Below, one piece after another: positions 10,101 to 18,326 of a DNA stretch of 62,017 bases (position 1 is the stretch's first letter; every line of letters starts with the position of its first letter). The translations under genes were made by a program, and so were the position numbers. The notes under the pieces are model-generated. The model had not been told where the DNA came from and did no database searches. It worked only from the letters and a program-made list of their open reading frames with translations. Origin of the DNA: Candidatus Kuenenia sp. (lineage in GTDB: Bacteria > Planctomycetota > Planctomycetia > Planctomycetales > Planctomycetaceae). The stretch spans positions 1-62,017 of the forward strand of contig JAYVRU010000320.1 in NCBI GenBank assembly GCA_043775985.1. The letters run 5' to 3'.

Positions 10101-12472
10101 GCGAGTAAAAACTTCTCATTCCCGGTTGCCACATCCCACACTTTGATCGTTCCGAAATCGCAACTGATGGCCAGACTCGCTCCGTCGGGTGAGAAGATCA
10201 TTTTGGTAGGACGTGGATCCGAGCCTCCCTTCAGCACAGAACTCTCGACGCTGGTCGTAATGTCCCAGAGTCTGACACTGTTGCCGACACTGTCCTGATC
10301 GAAGGTGGCCATGGATTCGCCGTCCGGCGAGAAACAAGCCATTCGAAAGGACTTGCCTGAGAAGGGGAATCTCTGGTGCTGTGTTGCAGTTCCGGCAACT
10401 TGCCGAAGTGCAATATGCCGAAGTGCGAACGACTGATCGTCGTGAAAGCCCCAGGCGAGGAAACGTCCATCCGTGAAGACGGAACTCGAATCATTAACCT
10501 CTTCCTCAGTGAGCTTCTCCCCCGTGATGGGGTTCCAAACCGTGGCGGCCCCGACTCCGCTTTCAACCAGAAACTGCCCATCTGGTGAAAACACAACAAA
10601 CACCCCGCCAGAGCTGTCGAAGCTGCTTTTAACTGCCCCCGTATCGACGCCCCACGTTCGAACTTCAGCGTCAAGACTGCTGGTCGATGCCAGCGTTTTC
10701 CCATCCGGTGAAAACGCGACCATTTCGACAGCATTTTTATGTCCGCGAAGCGTGAGTCGTTCGCGATGCAACTGATCAAAGTAGTAGTACCACTCAAATC
10801 CCCGCAAGTCCTCTTCGTTCGACTTCGGAGCTGTGGCTCGCAGCAGTTCGATTGAACGGCGGCCGTCCTGACGATCAAAAGCGGGTCCGAGCAGCAGCGT
10901 CTGAGTGTGGTGCAGATGACCGCGCGTCAATGCGGCTTCATTCGCCGCCTGCTCCAATCTGGCGTCGGCAAGCTGGAGCTCGGCTTTCGACTGCTCCATA
11001 CGCGCCGCGATTTCATCCTCGCGGGCTGTGACCTCTTTTTCGTGCGACAACTGAGCGGCGATGCGCTGCCGATGTTCCTCCGCACGAAGTCCCTGTTCAC
11101 GAACCCAGGCAATTGACATCACGACAGCGAGCCCCGTGAGCAGCATGATCGCCACACTGGTCAGGGCAGCCACCACAGGATTCCGTCTGGCCCAGCGATA
11201 CAGTCTTTCGACCCTGCCAACAGGCCTGGCATGAATCGGATCACCGTGCAGATAACGTCGCAGATCATTGGCGAATTCACTGGCGGTTTCATACCGACGT
11301 CCCGGCTCCTTCGCCATCGCTTTCAGACAGATCGTTTCCAGATCGCGCGGAATCCGATCATTCAGAGTTCTCGGATTGCGAGGTTCGTCGTTGAGCACCT
11401 GGTGCAGCAGCATCCGCTTCGTCCCGCGAAACGGGAGTTCGCCGGTGAGCAGTTCATAAAACACGACGCCCAGACTATAAACGTCCGTTCGGCCATCCAC
11501 CGTCGCGTGATCGCCCTTCGCCTGTTCGGGAGACATGTAAGCCGGCGTACCCAAAACCTGACCGTCCAGCGTGACGGTGATCTCGGCATCATCGCGGCGC
11601 GCCAGTCCAAAATCGGTCAGGTACGGTGTGAACTGCGATTTTGAGGCAGACACTGACCGTTGGGCAGATCCCGTCTGCAGCAGAATGTTGCTGGGTTTGA
11701 TATCGCGATGGATCACTTTTTGCCGGTGAGCGTAATCCACAGCATCGGCGAGGGTTGCAATAAGCTCGGTCGATTCCCGAAAATCAGGTCGGCCGCCGCT
11801 GATCAGGTCGGCCAGCGTCAGTCCCTCAATGTAGTCACTGACAATGTACGGCAGGCCGCGATCGTGTTCGATATGATGGACCTGCACGATAGATGAATGT
11901 CGCAGTCCGGCCGCGCTCCGCGCTTCTCTCAGAAACCGCTGCTCTTCTTCCGGCGTTGTAAAGTACTCCACGCGCGGGATTTTGATGGCCACAATCCGGT
12001 CGAGTTCCGGGTCGCGGGCTTTATAGACTTCTCCGAAGGCCCCTCGGCCGGCCAGTTCCAGGACCTCAAATCGACCGATTGTGACCCCCGGACCGTTTTC
12101 CCGATACGACAGTGTCGCATCGGGATCGACGTGGAAAGAACTGCCGCAGCCGGTACAGGTCAATTCCTTCCCGATCGGCTCAACCAGCTGCACACCGTTG
12201 CCGCAATGTGGACACTTGATGCGCTTTGTGATTGCGGCAGGAATGCGGCGACGCTTCCTGTCGCCCATATTCTCAGCCGCTCGGAACAGCCGCGCCACCA
12301 GCGCCAGCCGGCGTCCGAGTGGTTCAGCAATCTGTGGATGGGCCGTCAGTATCGGCTGGACATCAGGCGCTTCACCAGCCTGCAGGGCCGAGAGATATTG
12401 TTCGGCCAGAGCTTCAATCTGCTCCTCGATGTCGCCGGACCGAAAGCGGTCTATTTTTGATGAGTCGTTCAT
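7139..12472 (-). CDS. Giant Ser/Thr protein kinase: zinc-ribbon, Hanks kinase domain, TM helix, coiled coil, long WD40 region and TPR-like C-terminus
   Basis: 1777-aa ORF. It carries a zinc ribbon (CPHCGNGVQLVEP...CTGCGSSF) and the kinase motifs GRGAFGEVYKA, VAIK, HRDIKPSNILL, DFGLA and GTPAYMSPEQ. There is a TM helix (VVAALTSVAIMLLTGLAVVMSIAWV) and a long run of WD40 blades (e.g. GHKNAVEMVAFSPDGKTLAS, GHVADVNSIAFSPDSQWLASASDDSTVRLWN, GHSQDIYDLAFSADGLTLASASEDGTVKIWD). The tail is helical repeat. The ATG at 12470-12472 overlaps the sigma-gene stop (ATGA). Confidence 0.95.
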   Translation of the reverse strand: MNDSSKIDRFRSGDIEEQIEALAEQYLSALQAGEAPDVQPILTAHPQIAEPLGRRLALVARLFRAAENMGDRKRRRIPAAITKRIKCPHCGNGVQLVEPIGKELTCTGCGSSFHVDPDATLSYRENGPGVTIGRFEVLELAGRGAFGEVYKARDPELDRIVAIKIPRVEYFTTPEEEQRFLREARSAAGLRHSSIVQVHHIEHDRGLPYIVSDYIEGLTLADLISGGRPDFRESTELIATLADAVDYAHRQKVIHRDIKPSNILLQTGSAQRSVSASKSQFTPYLTDFGLARRDDAEITVTLDGQVLGTPAYMSPEQAKGDHATVDGRTDVYSLGVVFYELLTGELPFRGTKRMLLHQVLNDEPRNPRTLNDRIPRDLETICLKAMAKEPGRRYETASEFANDLRRYLHGDPIHARPVGRVERLYRWARRNPVVAALTSVAIMLLTGLAVVMSIAWVREQGLRAEEHRQRIAAQLSHEKEVTAREDEIAARMEQSKAELQLADARLEQAANEAALTRGHLHHTQTLLLGPAFDRQDGRRSIELLRATAPKSNEEDLRGFEWYYYFDQLHRERLTLRGHKNAVEMVAFSPDGKTLASTSSLDAEVRTWGVDTGAVKSSFDSSGGVFVVFSPDGQFLVESGVGAATVWNPITGEKLTEEEVNDSSSVFTDGRFLAWGFHDDQSFALRHIALRQVAGTATQHQRFPFSGKSFRMACFSPDGESMATFDQDSVGNSVRLWDITTSVESSVLKGGSDPRPTKMIFSPDGASLAISCDFGTIKVWDVATGNEKFLLAKHTGKINDLVFSPDGKRLASCGVDRSVWLWDATTGEDHFLLRGHVADVNSIAFSPDSQWLASASDDSTVRLWNVVAGREQTILRGHAGGVNHVTFSPDGSNLASAGSDGTIRLWETERLVTPCEILNPVEYTQTTSGVESLHETQLYGFMISGDGHKLLAANQRGPARLWDVDQMEILAEIPNRPSAWPAYAMLPDGKSFSFAGESNGSIHFWSMTDGKQLGTSIHMDSDSIWDLAASPDGQTLAAGSDSQILLLDTASGAVKATLRGHNSDVDDVYFSPDGKTLASIDDNSTIKIWDLASLAEKKSIDVGTCCDLDFSPDGKTLVYADGANIRLIDRDSGQTLSKFEGHSQDIYDLAFSADGLTLASASEDGTVKIWDLPTSIERATFSAGSVPVVAVAFTPDGETLISGQSDGRIHFWHKATTQKVDRRMAEYEAFDLVKQLGRTLLLREEIVQAIQENEGLRPLVREQALGIAAQVQPTAIHLNDAAWNIVRPLHSSTDPAQVARALRYAAEAMRLDSSNSFRSSYTLDDGKVQYQPYQLNTLGVSQYRAGHFEKSLQTLRESERLIMANFNPDNPAAKNLSDVSIAFQAMALYQLGRVAEAQSAFERVETAFLRVNSASIFETAYGNLYALDAGLEAAEIMTPWGKLLGEARRHYQAEQYSEEAAALKRAIGMGCAIPLIMNECANAFAKVREKTEAGRFLESAFEHGLTQSVPIDENGLTQTTWINTDILNEMVSPGISNWRLILFRARQRAAAQSWKTALDDVRRAQELGADVVLTLPLLATCLRNLEQWTEASEPLRMLSEQSDASPQTQADRLYQAALCQLAADNLPGYRDLCTEMLRRFGDTEDPIIAARILYTLTPGSDAVTAYDQLIQLARKAAAPFDWDSRLVGATLFRAGQFEQVEQQFEASRTNSTKIQQRAWDFYFLAMTCHHLKKSEQADAYFKQANDWYQEYYSGVPWTEQIEMRRLRKEAEALLSVAK

Positions 12473-13173
12473 ATGAGTCCCTTAAGCTGGCGCTCCAGAA
12501 AACGCAGACCTGCGTGATACCGGCTGCGGACGACGTCATAGCTGAGATCAAGCCGCTCTGCCACGGCTCGCAGAGAAAGTGATTCAAAGAAGCACAGTTG
12601 AAGAATCTGGCGATCCGTCGGATTCGGAATTTCATCCACAGCAGACTGCACCATTCGATCCAGTTCTTCGGATCCGGCAATGGAACTGGGTGATGGTGCA
12701 TCGTCCGCCGGCTCTTGTGCGGTCACAGGGTCACACAAATGATCAGCCGTTTGGTTGAGTCTCGTCATTGGTCCCTCATGGGCACGCCTGGCCGCACGAT
12801 GTGCCGCCTGACGGTTAATCGCGAGCCGTCGTACGAGTTGTTCGATCCATTTGTAGAACATAGCTGCAGTCGATTGATCATCGACTGATCCTTCAAATTG
12901 TGCAAGGCGTTCCCAAAGCCGCAGTGTCGCTTCCTGCGAGAGATCAGATGCGGTTTCTGCCGGAGAAATTTGGAAATCATACCGCTGTGACAACTGCTCC
13001 AAACTGGGCTGAAGTCGCTGCAACAAATCGATCTGTGCCTGACGGTCTCCCGCTTGTGCGCGCCGCACGAGTGCACATAGTCCGTCTGGAAAAATCATGC
13101 GTCTCACCTTCACAAGACAGGGATTCCCCGGAAGCGCGGGAACATTTTTGAGAAATTGTTTTGTGAATTTCAA
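12469..13173 (-). CDS. ECF-type RNA polymerase sigma-70 family factor
   Basis: Region 2-like segment: DLSQEATLRLWERLAQF. Region 4 HTH: LSLRAVAERLDLSYDVVRSRYHAGLRFL. The stop overlaps the kinase start by 4 nt. The real start may be the internal MIFPDGL Met at 13098. Confidence 0.9.
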   Translation of the reverse strand: MKFTKQFLKNVPALPGNPCLVKVRRMIFPDGLCALVRRAQAGDRQAQIDLLQRLQPSLEQLSQRYDFQISPAETASDLSQEATLRLWERLAQFEGSVDDQSTAAMFYKWIEQLVRRLAINRQAAHRAARRAHEGPMTRLNQTADHLCDPVTAQEPADDAPSPSSIAGSEELDRMVQSAVDEIPNPTDRQILQLCFFESLSLRAVAERLDLSYDVVRSRYHAGLRFLERQLKGLI

Positions 13174-13941
13174 TGTTCCTCAGTCGAGCCCGCTTCTGTT
13201 TCCGCCAACATCCGGATGTTACCGAATCAAAGCCTGCCACACCGTCACTGACAGCACGTTATCCCTCAACAAAGCGTCGGGAAATTCGGGGGAGCTTTCA
13301 GCCAGGATCAATTCGAGACCCGGATTTTGTCGTTCGATCGCGATGCGGAGAGGAGCGAGCACTGGGCAAAGTGCCAATCAGCCGTTGGCTCCTGGCCAAA
13401 TGCACAACTCACGAAGTCCGGTTCTCATTCTGAAATTAATTCAGATCTTGTTGTGCCGGGAGCAGGCTCCATTGCTGTCGAGGCTCCGCCAGTCGACATA
13501 CTGGAGACGTTCAGCGAACTGGCGGTCAAAGAGCCTGATCTGATCCGGTTGGTCTTGCAGGCCGCATGTTGGGGCGCTGGTGAATATACAGACTGTGGAA
13601 GGTGCGGACGCTGAAATAAAGAGACGGACTCAAGACCGAGGTTGCGACTAAAAGCATCCTTTGCCGTCGCACTTCTTTCACTTCGCGCTTCATTTCGGTG
13701 TTGAGCCCAATGCGATAAGCCTCATTCCGATTTGACCGCGCACTCAACGAAACAACGCACGCTTTCATACTTATTTTCACCCACAGAGTTTGCGGAGGAT
13801 CCTAAATAAGCGTTACAGCCAGCGTATTCACCGCGCAATATCCCGGAGCAACACCCTCAGTTGATACTTCGCCAGGAACCTGGCCAATTCCGAACACATG
13901 TTTAGGCATCAGGCCCGATTCTCCAGAGGACAGGACCAACA

Positions 13942-15069
13942 ATGAGTCTTGTGAGCCAATACGCCACCAGCAATTGCAAGGCTGATCAGTCGATCAAGTG
14001 GTCGCTCGTTGGCGTCGGAAACGGTGTGTCAGCTCATTCCGTCGTGATCAACAAGGAGACATTCCGAGTTGGACGACGAATAGATATGGACTTGTGCATC
14101 GACTCGATGTCCGTCAGTGGATTTCACGCCGAGATTCTTCAAGTAAAGGATTTCTTGTTTCTGAGGGACGCCGGAAGCACAAACGGCACATTCCTGAATG
14201 GAACACAAATCACTCGGGAAGTGGAACTTCACCACGAAGACTGCTTGGATTTGGCGGGCTCGACATTTCGAGTGATACGCCGTAGTGATGATTCTCGCGG
14301 GCCGCAACCCGGGTCATTCAGCACTGTCTTCAAGACTAGTTCCCTGGATGCTGCCGATGCCATGATGGGCAGAAGTCTCGCACGGCTGTTGGGCGGAGGA
14401 TCGTTGATTCCTTGTTATCAAGCGATCTACGACCTTCAGACGGGTGAAATTGTCGGATATGAGTTTCTCGCAAGAAGCGTTTATCCGGGAATTGAAACAC
14501 CCGATAAACTTTTCCATCAGGCGGCGCGTGTCAGCCGCGATATAGAACTCAGTCTTTTCTGCAGGAAACAGGCTTTTGCTCACTGTCATCTGACTCCATC
14601 GGATGTGCCTGTCTTTGTGAATACTCATCCGATTGAACCACTTCTCGACGTCGTTTTGCCGCAGATGCAAGACCTTCGTCAGGCGTACCCTAATCGAGGG
14701 ATGGTGCTTGAGATTCACGAGGCCGCGCACACCGAACCGGGGTTGATTCGTGAACTTCGGCATCAGCTGGCATTGATCAATGTGCAACTCGGATTTGATG
14801 ACTTTGGAGCAGGTCAAACTCGAATACGCGAAATGATTTGTGCATCTGCAGATTACATCAAGTTTGATCCGTCTCTCATTCGCGATCTTCTTCAGGTCTC
14901 CAATGATCAGCGGCGTTTCTTTGCGATGATTCTGGACAATATGAAGAGCGAAGGCACGATCACCATCGCTGAAGGCATTGAGACCGCCGAGATGGACGCG
15001 GTTTGCCACGACCTCGGCTTCGATCTGGTGCAGGGCTATCTATACGGCCGCCCGACGGTCATGAAATAG
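13942..15069 (+). CDS. FHA domain - EAL domain protein (putative c-di-GMP phosphodiesterase with a phosphothreonine-binding module)
   Basis: FHA motifs: FRVGRRIDMDLCIDSMSVSGFHAEI...LRDAGSTNGTFLNG. EAL-domain motifs in canonical order: YQAIYDLQTGEIVGYEFLAR, VNTHP, LEIHE, FDDFGAG, IKFD, IAEGIET, QGYLYGRP. Confidence 0.9.
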   Translation: MSLVSQYATSNCKADQSIKWSLVGVGNGVSAHSVVINKETFRVGRRIDMDLCIDSMSVSGFHAEILQVKDFLFLRDAGSTNGTFLNGTQITREVELHHEDCLDLAGSTFRVIRRSDDSRGPQPGSFSTVFKTSSLDAADAMMGRSLARLLGGGSLIPCYQAIYDLQTGEIVGYEFLARSVYPGIETPDKLFHQAARVSRDIELSLFCRKQAFAHCHLTPSDVPVFVNTHPIEPLLDVVLPQMQDLRQAYPNRGMVLEIHEAAHTEPGLIRELRHQLALINVQLGFDDFGAGQTRIREMICASADYIKFDPSLIRDLLQVSNDQRRFFAMILDNMKSEGTITIAEGIETAEMDAVCHDLGFDLVQGYLYGRPTVMK

Positions 15070-15390
15070 TAGTGTGAGATGTGGGACGGTTTGCCTGGCA
15101 ATCGCTACGATGCTGGAGACATGGCCAGACGTGCGAAAGAGATTCAGACCACACTGCTCGTGCGCGCACCAGAGGGTGCTGCCACTGTCCTTTATCCCAT
15201 GGCCTCGATGTTCCGAACGGGCAAATCGGGCCTGACCTTTTTTGTCGCTCCTTCACCCTTTTCCAAGAACTGCAACTTGTTTGAGCCAGTCGGTTTCGAG
15301 AGAATTCGCTCGTCAGACGTCACGCGGGCGGCCCCGACTAAAGGTCCGACGAGTCCGCGAAATGAAGTGAGAACGTGAAAGGATCAAAAA

Positions 15391-15816
15391 ATGAAACTGA
15401 AAATGAATGGCCACGAAAGGACGAACTTGCGGTACGTCAGCGCCGCAGAATTAAAACGAGTCTCTGACGGTAACTCGATGGGATATTTCAAAAGCGCCAT
15501 TGATTGGAACGATGCCGACGATCCCATTGTCGTGACAATTGTGAACACAACTTACATAAACCAGACGCTCACTGGTCAGCAGAAGAAGGACGTCGAGGTA
15601 CACGAGCAAAAACACTTCGCAGATTCCAAAGGTCTCGCAGAACAGATGAAGAAGGAAATCGAGGCCGCACTAAAAGCAGGGCGAGATCCGCAATTACAGG
15701 AACGGGTCGATTGGTACATTTATGAAAACTGTCAGAAGTCAGCTGCATTTCATCGTCAAACCACAGGATATTCTATTGAAATTTGCTCTCGCCCCTCTTC
15801 AGAGCGTCCGACGTAG
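15391..15816 (+). CDS. Small hypothetical protein with an HExxH motif (possible minimal zincin)
   Basis: 141-aa ORF with an ATG start. It contains ...KKDVEVHEQKHFADSKG... (H-E-x-x-H). I cannot name a recognisable family. The local sequence looks less GC-rich than the flanks (visual impression, not computed). Confidence 0.5.
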   Translation: MKLKMNGHERTNLRYVSAAELKRVSDGNSMGYFKSAIDWNDADDPIVVTIVNTTYINQTLTGQQKKDVEVHEQKHFADSKGLAEQMKKEIEAALKAGRDPQLQERVDWYIYENCQKSAAFHRQTTGYSIEICSRPSSERPT

Positions 15817-16210
15817 ATAGGTGCCAGCGGGAATTCTCGACGAGCGTACGGCAAGTTGCCGCAACCGCCTTCGATGGTCCATATGCTTCTGGCAACTGGT
15901 AGCTGCAGAAAACGTGAAACGCGGAATCAATATTGAGCCTTTGCGTGCCATCGAGGCTTGCCGAATAACGAATTGCGATCTGTGCGGCTTCAGGGATGCA
16001 GACACCGAGAAATGTCAATCGGTGGCATATCGGAGCGGCACTTGAACTCGCCAACAGGGTGACTGTGACCATTAGCCCGTCTGCGGAATCTTTGAAAAGT
16101 CCCGGACTCCACAGGGCGCTCCAGATGCTCATGCCACGTCCTGAAATATTTGCCAGGAGTAACTGTTGGACCCAGATATTACGCCCCTGGACTGGGCGTG
16201 TCACCAGCAT
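15773..16210 (-). CDS. Hypothetical ORF (weak)
   Basis: 145-aa ORF that converges on and overlaps the 3' end of 15391-15816 by 44 nt. The codon pattern looks plausible, but there are no recognisable motifs and no clear RBS. Confidence 0.25.
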   Translation of the reverse strand: MLVTRPVQGRNIWVQQLLLANISGRGMSIWSALWSPGLFKDSADGLMVTVTLLASSSAAPICHRLTFLGVCIPEAAQIAIRYSASLDGTQRLNIDSAFHVFCSYQLPEAYGPSKAVAATCRTLVENSRWHLSTSDALKRGESKFQ

Positions 16211-16378
16211 GGGAATTGATTACGCTGGACGCTCCGGTCTGGGCGACCGACGCGGGTATCCGCGTGGGAATTCGGGCACCAAAACGCGACGGAAGTCTGG
16301 TGTAACTGCGGTCTCTCAATCATCACGCCACTTGTTAACCAGTCAGTCGATTTTGTGAGCCTGCGGAAAACCAACCCG

Positions 16379-16414
16379 CCAGTTAACAGCTCTTGATCTC
16401 TGGCTGTTAACTGG
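16379..16414. other. Perfect 12-bp inverted repeat CCAGTTAACAGC-N12-GCTGTTAACTGG
   Basis: Read directly: ccagttaacagc tcttgatctctg gctgttaactgg. No U-tract follows on either strand. Confidence 0.7.
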
Positions 16415-16955
16415 CTCTTGAAAAGTTCGCGGTTGGTCGCTCTCGTATCGGCATACCTCGACAGAGACCCCGAAAACTGCGAGTTCAATTGTCGTAGCCG
16501 CTTACGGAAACTATCCCGGTCCGTCAGAGGCGAGCGTTGTTACGAAAAGGGTTCCTTTCGGGGAGACTGGCATCCGTATCTTCAGTGAAATCCCTGAGGA
16601 TCTGATTGTGCGTCAGATTTTGCAATTCCTGCGAAGCAGCATGGTTTTTGCCATGATTCCCCTGACTCTGTGGTCTACGCGGCAGTGAAAACTCATTTGG
16701 CGACCCACGGGACACCATCGTCGGATATCAACGAGGGAGCCACGGTCACCGGATTCAACGGCATGAGCGAGAAACTTGTCGCTGACGGCGTGGAAATGAC
16801 TGGTGCTTTGGTTAACACATAGTGCCTCGCATCGCCGCCCGCGCTGATACCCTTTGTTTCCGCCGATGGAGTAGACCGTCTAGCCAATTCACCCATACCC
16901 TGATCTGATCCCGTTGCCACGGGAGGTATATCGTCGTTACTTGCTTTGCGGATAT

Positions 16956-17318
16956 TTAACGTGAGATTGTCGAAAAGCGAGGTGTTTGCACGATAGGACG
17001 CTGCAGGGCTCGGCGGTGGTGTGATACCAGGTGAGCTGTTATTGGGGAGGACATCGCCGGATCCGCGTCCCAGGCGATTTGCATGAACGTGGGTGGCCCA
17101 TAGCCTGAATTCACCGGAATCTGCAGGTAGCTCCCTCGACCTGCGGTATTGCCAACTGGAATCTGCAGATATCCAGTTTGGCCAGATCCCATTCCCACCG
17201 GAAGTGACATGTATGTGCTCTGTCCGGTTGAGACTCCGCCCAATCCAGTTGACCCCGGAACCATCTTCATTGAGCTCCGCCCTCTCTCCCTGATCAACGC
17301 ACAAGAGACGATTCCCAC
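16956..17318 (-). CDS. Hypothetical repeat-peptide ORF (weak)
   Basis: The translation contains a reiterated peptide: TYMSLPVGMGSGQTGYLQIPVGNTAGRGSYLQIPVNSGYGPPTFMQI. There is no signal peptide. An overlapping alternative frame (16693-17304) is Ser/Pro-rich, so a frameshifted longer gene cannot be excluded. Confidence 0.3.
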   Translation of the reverse strand: MGIVSCALIRERGRSSMKMVPGSTGLGGVSTGQSTYMSLPVGMGSGQTGYLQIPVGNTAGRGSYLQIPVNSGYGPPTFMQIAWDADPAMSSPITAHLVSHHRRALQRPIVQTPRFSTISR

Positions 17319-17560
17319 TGTTGCCTCCTCCGGAACAAGACGATCTGCTGCAATGTTTGCGAATCCATTACCTGTTAAGCCAGTCTGCCGTCCAACGGCA
17401 TGCTAACACGTTCCCGGGTTCTCAATTAACGAATTCTGCCGAGTCGGCTGACGAATCCCTGCGAATCTTTGTCCTGTCTGATTAGAAGATTTCCATTACC
17501 AATGGTCAAAAGACTCTCAGCTCTGATCCTCTGCGCCGCAGTTTTCAGCATCTGCCGCCA

Positions 17561-17968
17561 CTACCACGGAGCAAAGTAATACGGTTGTGGATTGTAAATG
17601 CTGGTCGTCGGACCGGCTCCAGTATTGCTGTAGCCCTGATAAGACCCCGGTGTGCTGGTGTGTTGATGGGGCATAGCATCGTGTGGACCATTTCCGTACC
17701 ACGTATTTTGGCCAAAAGGCGTTTGCGTGACGTGCCAATGCGGTTGATAGTCATGGCCCCCGTTGCCGAAATACGATCCCACAGGCACTCCGCCGCCAAA
17801 GCCATTTCCGCTATATCCGCCTCGGCCGTACCCACCGTATCCGTACCCACCGTATCCGCCTCCACCGTATCCGCCTCCACCGTATCCGCGATAACATTGA
17901 GCCATCGCTGGTGCAGCAAATGCCATCAATCCACAGATCATCGCCAAAGTGATTGCAATTCGTTTCAC
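17561..17968 (-). CDS. Small secreted Gly/Tyr-rich, His-containing protein
   Basis: An in-frame GTG (complement of 17966-17968) is preceded by AAGGGGGA. It gives MKRIAITLAMICGLMAFAAPAMA|QCYRGYGGGGYGGGGYGGYGYGGYGRGGYSGNGFGGG..., followed by HDYQPHWH...HDAMPHQH...YNPQPYYFAPW*. The longer track ORF (to 18079) adds a non-signal N-extension. Confidence 0.7.
   Translation of the reverse strand: MKRIAITLAMICGLMAFAAPAMAQCYRGYGGGGYGGGGYGGYGYGGYGRGGYSGNGFGGGVPVGSYFGNGGHDYQPHWHVTQTPFGQNTWYGNGPHDAMPHQHTSTPGSYQGYSNTGAGPTTSIYNPQPYYFAPW
17831..17890. repeat. Four tandem copies of a 15-nt unit (yCCACCGTATCCGyn) inside the Gly/Tyr-rich gene
   Basis: Read directly: cccaccgtatccgta / cccaccgtatccgcc / tccaccgtatccgcc / tccaccgtatccgcg. 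It encodes the (GGYGG)n core on the minus strand. Confidence 0.9.
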
Positions 17969-18326
17969 AGCCAAATCCCCCTTTTTGGACTGCCGGGCGA
18001 ACCGGTCTTGACGCTGACCGAAGTCAAAGGATTTTGTCGTCGGCTGTCCTCCCTCCGATATCAGCACGAACCGTGCCATGAATAAAGAGAGTCGGGAGAT
18101 GCTCTCTGCCTCTCATTCGCATGTTGGTTTCACCAGCGCGAATACCAATTCAAATCGAAGAAGCAGAAAGGAAGGCGTGTCAAGCCGATATCAGTTGGCA
18201 TCAAACTGACACAGTTCCTGCCGCTCGCAAAGACAGTGACCTCGTGATGAAGTCGTGGCTGCATGCAACAAACCGGGGGACAATCGGGGCGGATCAGTGC
18301 GGAGCTAACCTTCGTCGGGGCTTCAA

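Noticed and set aside
14314-15009. 231-aa minus-strand ORF opposite the EAL domain.
   Set aside because: The plus frame has the complete EAL motif series. The antisense ORF has no recognisable features.
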